64,000 nt of DNA from Candidatus Micrarchaeota archaeon (GTDB lineage: Archaea; Micrarchaeota; Micrarchaeia; Micrarchaeales; CABMGC01), in NCBI GenBank assembly GCA_027334165.1, contig DAHWXM010000019.1, positions 9,983 to 73,982 on the forward strand, written 5' to 3'. This document shows positions 38,651 to 47,357 of this stretch, piece by piece. Under the pieces are notes generated by a model. The model did no database searches. It saw nothing but the letters and a program-made list of their open reading frames with translations, and was not told where the DNA came from. Made by a program: the position numbers and the translations under genes. Position 1 is the stretch's first letter. Each line of letters starts with the position of its first letter.

Positions 38651-38983
38651 ATGCCTAAGATTGAAAAAGAGCGGGATGAAATTTGGCTCTTGAGGAAATT
38701 GTTCAGCAAGCCAAACTACGCGGTTCTTAAGCTGCTGATGATAAAGGCGCCGAGAACGACAAGGGAGCTTTACACGGTCCTTGGAAAAAGTTTCACTCGC
38801 AAGACCCTTATAATAACGCTAAGGAACCTATCAATGAACCTGAACATCCTCCAACCGACGCACATACGCACCGAGCGCGGTTATGACCTTGGCTATAACA
38901 TAAACCCAAAGCTTAAGGAGATAATAAAGGCTATGGAGAAATTCGAAGGAGTTATAGAAAATATAACAGGAGCGAAGAAATGA
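38651..38983 (+). CDS. Winged-helix DNA-binding protein (putative regulator)
   Basis: Basic 110 aa; VLKLL...PRTTRELY..L..SFTRKTLI..LRNL helix-turn-helix followed by a beta wing (GYNI). Confidence 0.65.
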   Translation: MPKIEKERDEIWLLRKLFSKPNYAVLKLLMIKAPRTTRELYTVLGKSFTRKTLIITLRNLSMNLNILQPTHIRTERGYDLGYNINPKLKEIIKAMEKFEGVIENITGAKK

Positions 38984-39101
38984 TGGGTTTTCTTTACCCT
39001 CTGCCAACACAGACTCAGGACATAATCACAAAAAACAGCGAAGATTGTGTCAGACGCAGTTAGGTATTTATATCAAAAACACGCACGTATCAGCGGTAAG
39101 C

Positions 39102-39539
39102 ATGGTTTCTAAACAAAAGACCAAGGTGCTTCAGGAAATACTTAAGATAACCGAAGAGAGGGGCAGCGTAGGCATCTATGGCATCGATGGTATCACCGGG
39201 AAGCTTACGCGCGGTAGTCTGACGGGAATAGATGATAGCAGCCTGCTCAGCAGGAAAGCTCTCAGAGACATTCAGCGCAAGATGAACGGAAAAGGTGGGG
39301 ATCAGTTCAGAATGGAATGGCACATGCAGGAAGGTGCAAAAAGGCTCGCCTTGCTGCGCGATGATAGAAACAACCCAGATCTCATAATGGTGGACAGGAT
39401 ATCGCCAGAGCGCCCGGAACTCATTAAGGTAGTGTTCCTTACTGGCAGCGAAGCGGGCAGGAGGAGCTGGGTCTCAATGCAGAAAATAGATGACAGCCCG
39501 GAGCTAAGAAGTGTGCTGCGATACCTTAAGCGGAGTTGA
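39102..39539 (+). CDS. Hypothetical protein
   Basis: Clean ORF with an upstream TATA-like TTTATATC element and typical codon usage; no recognised motif. Confidence 0.6.
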   Translation: MVSKQKTKVLQEILKITEERGSVGIYGIDGITGKLTRGSLTGIDDSSLLSRKALRDIQRKMNGKGGDQFRMEWHMQEGAKRLALLRDDRNNPDLIMVDRISPERPELIKVVFLTGSEAGRRSWVSMQKIDDSPELRSVLRYLKRS

Positions 39540-39554
39540 TCCGGAGCGACAGGG

Positions 39555-40022
39555 TTAATCTCGTAGCGACGTGTGCCCTTCCTTAACGACATTTAGTATT
39601 ATATCAATCTGTACATCGTCGCATGGGATTTTTGATATCTCGTTCTTCATAAATGTATTTAGGGATCCTATGTCTCCGTGCGATGTCTTTATTATGTATG
39701 TCCACTTGCCTATTGGCTCATACGCAGCCTCTACAACATCCATTTCAGCAAGCCTCGCTGCAACCTTCTGTTTTTCTTCGGGCAGCAGGGGTTTTGCAAG
39801 GTTTAGGTATATGAAAGCCTTGAGAGACTTGCCTATGAGGCGTGAATCGATGTTTGTGGTATGACCAAGTATCACATTGGCCTTTTTTAGTGAGACAATT
39901 CTGCGATAAACTGTCGCGTTTGTGGTGCCAACAGATTTTGCTATATCGGAGAGTTTTGGGGCCAGCATCTGTGGGTTCTGGAGTGCCTCTAGGATCTTCA
40001 TGTCAAGCATGTCCAGTTTCAT
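39555..40022 (-). CDS. Lrp/AsnC family transcriptional regulator
   Basis: MKLDMLDMKILEALQ...SDIAKSVGTTNATVYRRI..L HTH plus C-terminal RAM domain. Confidence 0.9.
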   Translation of the reverse strand: MKLDMLDMKILEALQNPQMLAPKLSDIAKSVGTTNATVYRRIVSLKKANVILGHTTNIDSRLIGKSLKAFIYLNLAKPLLPEEKQKVAARLAEMDVVEAAYEPIGKWTYIIKTSHGDIGSLNTFMKNEISKIPCDDVQIDIILNVVKEGHTSLRD

Positions 40023-40092
40023 AGTTCTCTATGCCGGTTACGATTTTATATATTATTCGGTGGGAGTAGTATAGGCAACCAGTAGTGATCGG

Positions 40093-40803
40093 ATGATAAT
40101 ACAAAAACCGTACGTGCTTATAGAGACGGTAAAAACCACACCGGAAGTGACAGTGTTCAAATTCAAGGCGCAGGACAACAGCCGGATTGACTTCGTTCCA
40201 GGCATGTTCGCGATGCTGTTTTACAAGAACCAGGCAACAGGCGAACAGGTAGGCAGAGCATTTTCGATAGCCAACTCGCCTAACTCCGATTACCTGGAGT
40301 TCTTCATAGCACTGATAAACGGGAGGATGACGTCGAAACTCGCGCAGGCGAAAACAGGGGACGTTTATTACGTGTCCGCCCCCTACGGCCAATTCAAGTT
40401 CGCCGACGGCGACAAAAAGCTCCTATTCCTTGCTGGAGGCACAGGGATAGCGCCGTTTTTCTCCGCGTTAAGGCAGATGAAAGAGCAAGGTCAGGTTGTT
40501 GACTGTGCATTGATGTACAGCACTAAATATTCAAATGACATAATAATGAAGGAAGAACTGGACAGCCTCACCGACTCACTCAAGACAAAATTGGTGATTA
40601 CAGTCACGCGTCCGGCAGATGGAGAGGTACTGCCTTACGAGACAGGGCATATAGGCCCAGATATGATACTGAAGCACGTGGCCGATGCGAAGGGGCGCGT
40701 GTGCTACATATGTGGTCCGCCGGCATTCGTTAAGGCCATGAAAGAAGGGCTTCTGTCAATCGGAACGCCGCAGGAAAACATAAAGGCGGAGATGTGGGGC
40801 TAA
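40093..40803 (+). CDS. FAD/NAD(P)-binding oxidoreductase, ferredoxin-NADP+ reductase-like
   Basis: FVPGMF, RAFSIAN, G.MT, APYGQF, LAGGTGIAP, YICGPP. Confidence 0.9.
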   Translation: MIIQKPYVLIETVKTTPEVTVFKFKAQDNSRIDFVPGMFAMLFYKNQATGEQVGRAFSIANSPNSDYLEFFIALINGRMTSKLAQAKTGDVYYVSAPYGQFKFADGDKKLLFLAGGTGIAPFFSALRQMKEQGQVVDCALMYSTKYSNDIIMKEELDSLTDSLKTKLVITVTRPADGEVLPYETGHIGPDMILKHVADAKGRVCYICGPPAFVKAMKEGLLSIGTPQENIKAEMWG

Positions 40804-41858
40804 CGGAGTTGATCTCTGCGGGTCTTGCGTTTTGAAGAAATTTCAAAGTCCAGCACTATCTCCACATCGGTAGGGGAGTACTGCCTTACTACCCTCTTGA
40901 ACAGGAATTTGACCCTCTTTCCCTTCGCTGCAAAGAAGGACTTTATGTCAGACATTGGCTTTGAGTACGGATTGAGCTTTGGACCGAACGCGTAGTAGTG
41001 TATTACGCATCTGTCCGCGGACATCGAATTCGCCACATCGATAAAATCACGGGAGTCCTTTGGCAGCGGCATGAGTATCCTATCGGCAAATCCGCCGTAT
41101 TTCTTTGAGAATCTGCGCACATCGCCGTGAAGCGGGGTCACATTCAACGCCTTGTTTAGAGTCACATTGTCAAGCATGTACTTGTATGCTTCCATGTTTA
41201 GTTCTATTGCCACTACCTTTGAATGTGGATGCTCTTTTGCAAGCAGGATTGCAAACGGGCCTACACCGGCGAACATCACCACCACGGCCTCTCCGTCTTT
41301 GGCGAGGTCTGATATGCGCTTGCGTTCGTATGCAAGACGGGGAGAGAAGAACGCCTTGCGTATGTCCATTGATATGCGAATGTTGTTTTCCGCATACGTC
41401 ACCGAATAGCCGCGCTCTCCGGCAACGTGATGGAAGTTCCTTGTGCGGTACCGGCCGGACACGGCACCGGCCTTACTTATGACGCGAGTGACTTTCGGAT
41501 TGGCGTCCATTATCGCCTCGGCTATGGCGCGCTCTGTAGAAGGCTGCGATCCTATTATTGCGGTATTTCCGATGAGATCGAAGCTCTTTATCGCATCCTC
41601 GTAACCCTTCTTGCCTATGCGCTTCAGGAGCAGTGTGCGATAATCAGGCGACCTTGACGATCGTCTGAAAGCCGCTTTTGTAAGCGTCCCGCCAATCAAA
41701 CGCACCTTCCTCTCGACCTGTTCGTCTAAGGGCAGTATAGGAAAGTATATAAACGCACCCCTACTAAATACATAGTGTTGTTTATCGAGTAGCTTGTGCG
41801 CTTTTAAGTATGCCTTAACGGCTTCGGCGCCTTTCTTGTTTACTCGGATTCCGAGCAT
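40800..41858 (-). CDS. trm5: Trm5/Taw2 family tRNA G37 methyltransferase
   Basis: SFDLIGNTAI, FFSPRLAYER, VMFAGVGPF, IELN, DRILMPLP. Confidence 0.85.
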   Translation of the reverse strand: MLGIRVNKKGAEAVKAYLKAHKLLDKQHYVFSRGAFIYFPILPLDEQVERKVRLIGGTLTKAAFRRSSRSPDYRTLLLKRIGKKGYEDAIKSFDLIGNTAIIGSQPSTERAIAEAIMDANPKVTRVISKAGAVSGRYRTRNFHHVAGERGYSVTYAENNIRISMDIRKAFFSPRLAYERKRISDLAKDGEAVVVMFAGVGPFAILLAKEHPHSKVVAIELNMEAYKYMLDNVTLNKALNVTPLHGDVRRFSKKYGGFADRILMPLPKDSRDFIDVANSMSADRCVIHYYAFGPKLNPYSKPMSDIKSFFAAKGKRVKFLFKRVVRQYSPTDVEIVLDFEISSKRKTRRDQLR

Positions 41859-41902
41859 GGGAGAATATAATAAGGAAAAACTAAAAAGGGTATGGTGATC
41901 TG

Positions 41903-42349
41903 TTGTACTTCGTAGTAAGAGTAACGTCAAGCCAGGAGAAGATTACCGCTGACATACTTGAAAACAAGATTCAGAAGGCAGATACGGGAGTGTACGCCAT
42001 AGTGCTCCTCGAAGGCATGAGAGGGTACCTAGTCGTTGAGGCCGAGAATGAGCTTTCGTGCAGGGAGATGGTAATGAACGAACCGCACGTAAAGGGCATA
42101 CTTCCAACACCACTTACCGAGGAAGAGCTCGATAAGATGCTCGTTTCAAAGAAGCACGTGCAGGAGATAGCGGTCAGTGATGTTGTGGAGTTCCTTGCCG
42201 GACCGTTCAAAGGTTACAAGGCAAAAGTAATAAAGGTAGACTCAGCTAAGGAGGAAATAACTGTTGAGCTTATGGACGTTGCCGTTCCGATTCCAGTGAC
42301 AACGAAATCGAACATGGCAAGGGTCATTGAAAAAACAGAGGCTGCGTGA
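41903..42349 (+). CDS. spt5: Transcription elongation factor Spt5 (NusG)
   Basis: VRVTSSQEK, GYLVVEA NGN domain; KOW GPFKG..AKV..VD; TTG start. Confidence 0.93.
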   Translation: MYFVVRVTSSQEKITADILENKIQKADTGVYAIVLLEGMRGYLVVEAENELSCREMVMNEPHVKGILPTPLTEEELDKMLVSKKHVQEIAVSDVVEFLAGPFKGYKAKVIKVDSAKEEITVELMDVAVPIPVTTKSNMARVIEKTEAA

Positions 42350-42819
42350 ATATGGCTGAAGTAGTAATAAATGGATTGATAGAGGGAGGAAAAGCAACGA
42401 GCGGTCCGCCTTTTGGGCCAGCACTTGGCCCACTTGGCGTTAACGTTGCCAACATAATAAATGAGATTAACTCGAAGACGAGCGCTTTTGAAGGGATAAA
42501 AGTGCCGGTGAAGGTCACTGTTGACGGAGTCACAAAGGCGTTCAAGGTCGAGGTAGGATCCCCTACGACTAGCGCGATGATACTGAAGGAATTAGGACTG
42601 CAGAGCGGCGCCAAGACCAAGGACGAGATTGCAGGCAACATAACGCTCGAGCAGGTAAAGAAGATAGCCAAGGCTAAGGAGATGTCCATGTATGGCAATT
42701 CCCTCCAGTCTAGAGTCAACCAGGTATTGGGGACATGCAAGAGCATGAACATAACATGCGAAGGGGCAGGCGCCAGAGACATGATCGCGAAGATAAAGAA
42801 CGGGGAAGTAAAACTCTGA
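42346..42819 (+). CDS. rpl11: 50S ribosomal protein uL11
   Basis: GGKATSGPPFGPALGPLG, VPVKV, VLGTCKSM. Confidence 0.96.
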   Translation: MNMAEVVINGLIEGGKATSGPPFGPALGPLGVNVANIINEINSKTSAFEGIKVPVKVTVDGVTKAFKVEVGSPTTSAMILKELGLQSGAKTKDEIAGNITLEQVKKIAKAKEMSMYGNSLQSRVNQVLGTCKSMNITCEGAGARDMIAKIKNGEVKL

Positions 42820-42821
42820 CT

Positions 42822-43508
42822 TTGCAGAGATTCCGCGTCTTGTCTTCGTTGTTCCCGCTGATGCGGGTTTATACGACGCTTAGAGGACGCTTCGGCTTCC
42901 AGGATTGGTGGTCTGGCGACACTGCGGACGAAATTCTCGTTGGTGTAGTGCTCACGCAGCAGACTTCGTGGAAGAACGTGGAACGCGCACTAACTAACCT
43001 GAAGGATGCAGGAATGCTGAGCATAGAGAAGCTCGCGGTTGCCGATTTGAAAATGCTAGAGCGTCTCGTAAAGCCGTGTGGATTCTACAGGCAGAAGGCA
43101 GTGCGCATTAGGAATATATCGTCCTACATACTGGCCAACCATAAAGGGATGACAGGACTGTTGCGGCGAAGGGCTGGTGCCCTGAGGAGGGAGCTGCTTT
43201 CTCTTGACGGTGTAGGTGAGGAAACGGCAGATGCCGTAGCGCTTTATGCCGGAAACAAGAGAACATTTGTTGTAGATGCGTACACAAGGCGGATAATTGG
43301 CAGGCTTTATGGAATTGATACGGGAATTAGCTACGGCAAAATGCAGTGCTTGATAACCGATAATATAGACAACAGACTAGCGGTATACAAGGACCTGCAT
43401 GCGCAGTTCGTAGAGCTTGGAAAGAGATTCTGCAGAACGCGGCCGCTTTGTAGAACTTGCCCTTTGAACGAAGGCTGCGGATCCTTTAAATTACTATCGG
43501 AAAGATAA
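42822..43508 (+). CDS. HhH-GPD endonuclease III-related protein (COG2231-like)
   Basis: WW.GDT..EI.VG.VLTQQTSWKNV, GFYRQKA, GVGEETAD, VDAYTRR, C-terminal 4-Cys cluster; start 42822 or 42861. Confidence 0.85.
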   Translation: MQRFRVLSSLFPLMRVYTTLRGRFGFQDWWSGDTADEILVGVVLTQQTSWKNVERALTNLKDAGMLSIEKLAVADLKMLERLVKPCGFYRQKAVRIRNISSYILANHKGMTGLLRRRAGALRRELLSLDGVGEETADAVALYAGNKRTFVVDAYTRRIIGRLYGIDTGISYGKMQCLITDNIDNRLAVYKDLHAQFVELGKRFCRTRPLCRTCPLNEGCGSFKLLSER

Positions 43509-43520
43509 GATAGTGATTCA

Positions 43521-44543
43521 ATGAATTTCAAGGAATATGTTGAAGCCCATAGGGCAGAGATATTCAACAAGATAGACGGATACCTGAGGGTGAAGGAACC
43601 GGCAAAGCATTACGAAATCGCCAGAGACTACAGCGTGAGGCAGGGAAGCTATCGACGACCAGGGTTGCTCATGCTCACCGGGCAGATGTTTGGTGCGAAG
43701 AGGGAGGACCTTCTGCTTCCTTCTGCGGCGATGCAGATGTCGGAGGATTGGATACTAATACATGATGATGTGGAGGACGATTCGGAGATGCGGAGAGGGA
43801 AACCAGCATTGCACAGGATCTACGGCAATGAGATAGCGATAAACGCGGGGGACGCCGTGCACCTTGCGATGTGGAGAGTCCTGATTGACGTACTGAATGG
43901 TGGAAAGACCGGCTTTGAGAAGGCGTTCGTCGATAAATTTTACGGAATCCTGGAGGAGACCGTGGAGGGGCAGTACGTTGAGACAGATTTCATGTACAAT
44001 GTCAAGGCTCTGTCTAAGGCGGATGAAAATCTGTATTACAGGATAATAAAATCCAAGACGTGCCACTACACTGTATACGGGCCGATGCAACTCGGTGCAA
44101 TACTTGCAGGAAGGGGGGGTGACACCATGGACGCACTTAAGGAGATAGGATATCCAGCAGGGATAGCGTTCCAGATAACCGATGATATACTGGACATGAC
44201 TGCCGATGAAAAGGTGTTTGGAAAGAAGAGATATGGAGACCTGTACGAAGGCAAGCTCACTCTCATAGTGCTACACGCGTATCAGAAGTCAACAGCGGAG
44301 GAGAGGAAAGAGGTTGATAGGATATACCTTAAGCGAAGGAAGGACAAGACCCAGGAGGAGATAGCGTACATAGTCGGACTTATAGAAAAGTACGATGGCT
44401 TGGGATACGCATCTGAAATGGCAGAACGGTATGGCCAGATGGCGAAGAACGCAGTGGAGAAGTACAAGCACCTGTTTCCCGAAGGCGAGTTCACCGAAAC
44501 GCTTCTTTCCGCCATGAAGGAAATGTACGTCAGGAAAAAGTAG
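43521..44543 (+). CDS. idsA: Short-chain polyprenyl diphosphate (GGPP) synthase
   Basis: LIHDDVEDDS..RRG (FARM), AINAGD, GQ, FQITDDILD (SARM), GDLYEGK. Confidence 0.9.
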   Translation: MNFKEYVEAHRAEIFNKIDGYLRVKEPAKHYEIARDYSVRQGSYRRPGLLMLTGQMFGAKREDLLLPSAAMQMSEDWILIHDDVEDDSEMRRGKPALHRIYGNEIAINAGDAVHLAMWRVLIDVLNGGKTGFEKAFVDKFYGILEETVEGQYVETDFMYNVKALSKADENLYYRIIKSKTCHYTVYGPMQLGAILAGRGGDTMDALKEIGYPAGIAFQITDDILDMTADEKVFGKKRYGDLYEGKLTLIVLHAYQKSTAEERKEVDRIYLKRRKDKTQEEIAYIVGLIEKYDGLGYASEMAERYGQMAKNAVEKYKHLFPEGEFTETLLSAMKEMYVRKK

Positions 44544-44598
44544 CGACCCTTGAAAGGAGTGCACGAATCGGGCGTGGCATGGCCTGAGTAAATAAAAA

Positions 44599-44715
44599 TG
44601 CCAAACAGCAATATGCTTTCCCACCCCAAGGGGCAGTATTTCATATCGTGGACAGGCTTAGCTTCCGAGTTCGGAATGGGTTCGGGCGTTTCCCCGTCCC
44701 TATGGCCGTTTGACA
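44599..44715 (-). rRNA. rrf: 5S rRNA, unlinked from 16S/23S
   Basis: Reverse complement TGTCAAACGGCCATAG...CCCGAACCCATTCCGAACTCGGAAGCTAAGC...GGGAAAGC...GCTGTTTGGCA; terminal stem pairs; followed by a T-tract. Confidence 0.95.
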
Positions 44716-44790
44716 GATAGTATATGCCAGCGAAAGCTTAAATATCTTTCATAGGCAGCCTGTGTGCGCATGGTGAGGGCGTCGTTTACC

Positions 44791-45483
44791 CTATTTGACT
44801 ATGCTGCCGGGATACTCCTCACCCTTGAAAGCCTGCTCTACCTCCTTTATGTTGGCGCGGACGAACCTGACCTCTATGTTTGCCCTTTTTGCAAGCTTGC
44901 TTGCGAAGAAATCGAACAGGAAGTTGGAACCCGCAACCCTGGTGTCGTAGGTGTATGCCAGCTCGAGCAGCTTGTCGTGGGTGAGCCTGGGCAGCGGCTT
45001 TGCGTCCTTGTTGACAGGGGGCTTGTCGTACAGATATGCTATACTGCTTATGTTGAGCAGGAGCTTGCTGTTCATGACCTCGCACGCCAGCACGGACACC
45101 GCGTCAGTTGACATTCCCGGTATCAGCCCGCCGAGGACCACTATGTCGTTGCTGCTTATGGCCATGCGCAGCTCCTCTAGGCTTGTTGCCACGTTCTGAT
45201 ATACGTTTAGATTGGCGAGAGACAGCACGTCCTTGAGTATGAGCGCATTTATCCTTGTGAATGCGATTGCAATTTGGTCCAACAGCGAATTGTTGTTTTC
45301 GAGTATGTCTTTGGTAGAGGAGACGTAAAGCCTGCTGGAATATCCGCCTCCGACAACCAGGATGAACTTGTGTTTTTTGGAATATTTAGCAAGAAACTGC
45401 GCAAGTTCCTTTGCAAACTCCTTGTTCACTCCGCTCTCTGTAGATATTATTCCCCCACTCAGGGATATGCAGGTCGTATCCAT
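44791..45483 (-). CDS. pyrH: Uridylate kinase
   Basis: ISLSGG, LVVGGG..SR.Y, DQIAIAFTRINA, PGMSTDAV, DKPP. Confidence 0.88.
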   Translation of the reverse strand: MDTTCISLSGGIISTESGVNKEFAKELAQFLAKYSKKHKFILVVGGGYSSRLYVSSTKDILENNNSLLDQIAIAFTRINALILKDVLSLANLNVYQNVATSLEELRMAISSNDIVVLGGLIPGMSTDAVSVLACEVMNSKLLLNISSIAYLYDKPPVNKDAKPLPRLTHDKLLELAYTYDTRVAGSNFLFDFFASKLAKRANIEVRFVRANIKEVEQAFKGEEYPGSIVK

Positions 45484-45487
45484 ATTA

Positions 45488-46399
45488 TCACGGTCGTTTC
45501 TTTAATTTCTTGCCCATCAGATATAATATAAGAGCCTCCTCGATAAGCATCTTGTTTTTGGCCTGTTCCCAGACTACACTGTGCTCCCCTTCAAGCACAC
45601 TTGCCGATATCTCTTCTCCTCTGTGCGCGGGCAGGCAGTGCATGACTAAGGCATCGGGCTTTGCGTGCCGTAGAAGCGAGGAGTTGATCTGGTACCTGCG
45701 AAACATGCGCCTCCTTTTCTCGGCTTCCCCTTCCTGTCCCATGCTGACGAACGTGTCGGTGTACAGTATATCTGCATTGCGCACTCCTTCTGTCGGATCC
45801 GAATTTATGGATACATCACCATAGCTGCGGGCGAGCTTCACGTAATGAGGATTAGGACCGTAACCCTTTGGGCCGACCAAAGTAACGCGGGCACCAAGTT
45901 TCGTTGCAATTACCATCAGGGAATTTGCCGTGTTTGCCGCAATGTCCCCCACAAACGATATCTCGATTCCGTTGGCGCTGCCCTTTGCCTTCGTTACCGT
46001 GTACATGTCAGCAAGGGCCTGTGTGGGATGCTCCAAATCGGTAAGTGCATTTATCACCGGCACTGTGGATGAGGAAGCGAGCTCCACAAGGTCACTGTGA
46101 GAGCGTAACCTTGCGGCAATCATGTCCACGTACGAGCTCAGAACACGACCCGTGTCAGACACCGTCTCGCCGCGCGACATCTGCGATGTGCCTGTATCCA
46201 CGTATATAGAGGCACCGCCCAGCTTCGCCATGGCTGCCTCGAACGACACGCGAGTTCTTGTGGAAGGTTTTTCAAAAAGTAGTGCAAGCACTGTGCGGGC
46301 CTTGACAGACATGCCGCGACCGGATGCAAGTCTGTCCGCAAACGAGAACACCTGCCCGATTTCTTTTTTTGAAAGATCATCAGAACCGAGCAGATGCAT
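45488..46399 (-). CDS. argF: Ornithine carbamoyltransferase
   Basis: FEKPSTRTR, HPTQALAD, YTDTFVSMG, HCLPAHRG. Confidence 0.93.
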   Translation of the reverse strand: MHLLGSDDLSKKEIGQVFSFADRLASGRGMSVKARTVLALLFEKPSTRTRVSFEAAMAKLGGASIYVDTGTSQMSRGETVSDTGRVLSSYVDMIAARLRSHSDLVELASSSTVPVINALTDLEHPTQALADMYTVTKAKGSANGIEISFVGDIAANTANSLMVIATKLGARVTLVGPKGYGPNPHYVKLARSYGDVSINSDPTEGVRNADILYTDTFVSMGQEGEAEKRRRMFRRYQINSSLLRHAKPDALVMHCLPAHRGEEISASVLEGEHSVVWEQAKNKMLIEEALILYLMGKKLKKRP

Positions 46400-46407
46400 C
46401 AAAACAC

Positions 46408-46791
46408 CTATCCGAATATCAGTCCGAGACCCTGCTCGCTTTCCTTCCTTTCCGTCTCGATGCGCGTTATGATCTGCATCTCGAGATCCTCTGGGGCACG
46501 AGTTATGCCGTCTATCTTCTCCTTAAGCACCTTCTCCGCCTTGTCAAGGAAATCGTCGGTAGCGTTGAGATATAGATAGCTGCTCTCACGATCCAGGCCG
46601 AGAGATATACCGTCCTTGAGTAGGTAATCCTGACGTGCAAATATTACAACAGATTCCTCTTTCTCTTTGAGGGCATGAAGCTGTTCTTCTGTAAGGCTCT
46701 TGTCCAGATAAGGATCGTACTCAAGCAGGCTCTTCAGTTCGGAAGCCCTGTCAGTCCTGCAGACGTATATGCGCTGTGGCAAATGGATCAC
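46408..46791 (-). CDS. Hypothetical protein with ribosomal-stalk-like C-terminus
   Basis: Abuts the rps8e stop; acidic; ends ...ETERKESEQGLGLIFG. Confidence 0.75.
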   Translation of the reverse strand: MIHLPQRIYVCRTDRASELKSLLEYDPYLDKSLTEEQLHALKEKEESVVIFARQDYLLKDGISLGLDRESSYLYLNATDDFLDKAEKVLKEKIDGITRAPEDLEMQIITRIETERKESEQGLGLIFG

Positions 46792-47184
46792 TCATATAAG
46801 CCTGGCATTTATGCTGCCCTCTTTACCGGGCCTGTTTGTGACCATGGCCTTGCCAAGCTCAGTGTCTATCATGGTACCCTTTGTGATTATGTTAAGCCTT
46901 GCGAAGTTCCTGTTATCCTTCGACTCCATTATTGCCTTTATCTTGGTCTTCTTGTATCCATCCTTGGTAAGCAGGTTAGCGAAACCAGCATACATGAGCT
47001 TGCTTCTCACGTTGCCTCCTCGTCCGCGGACAGGCTTTACCTCGTTCTCCTGCTCAAGCTTCGTTGCCACAAAGTAGCCGCCCATCTCGTGCCTTCTCTT
47101 GTCTCTCGACTTTATCTTTATCTTGCCGCTTCCGTTAAGTTTCCTTCCGGATTTTGAATGCAGCTGCGATCCAAATTGACTCAT
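46792..47184 (-). CDS. rps8e: 30S ribosomal protein eS8
   Basis: KRRHEMG, VRGRGGN, NFARLNIITKG, VTNRPGKEGSINA. Confidence 0.95.
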   Translation of the reverse strand: MSQFGSQLHSKSGRKLNGSGKIKIKSRDKRRHEMGGYFVATKLEQENEVKPVRGRGGNVRSKLMYAGFANLLTKDGYKKTKIKAIMESKDNRNFARLNIITKGTMIDTELGKAMVTNRPGKEGSINARLI

Positions 47185-47357
47185 CAAACTCACGCTAACG
47201 ATATTGGAATTTAAAGTATATGTAGATATATGCTAGCAAAGGGTTTTAATCCTTGCTATATAGTATCGATTGCGTGAACACGCCCAACGCGCCACACTTG
47301 CGGCAGGTATATAAAAACAACACGGCATAAGGGTTATGTCAGGATCCAGGGTATACT

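Noticed and set aside
45488-46399. Aspartate carbamoyltransferase (pyrB), suggested by the adjacent pyrH
   Set aside because: SMG and HCLP motifs are diagnostic of ornithine carbamoyltransferase.
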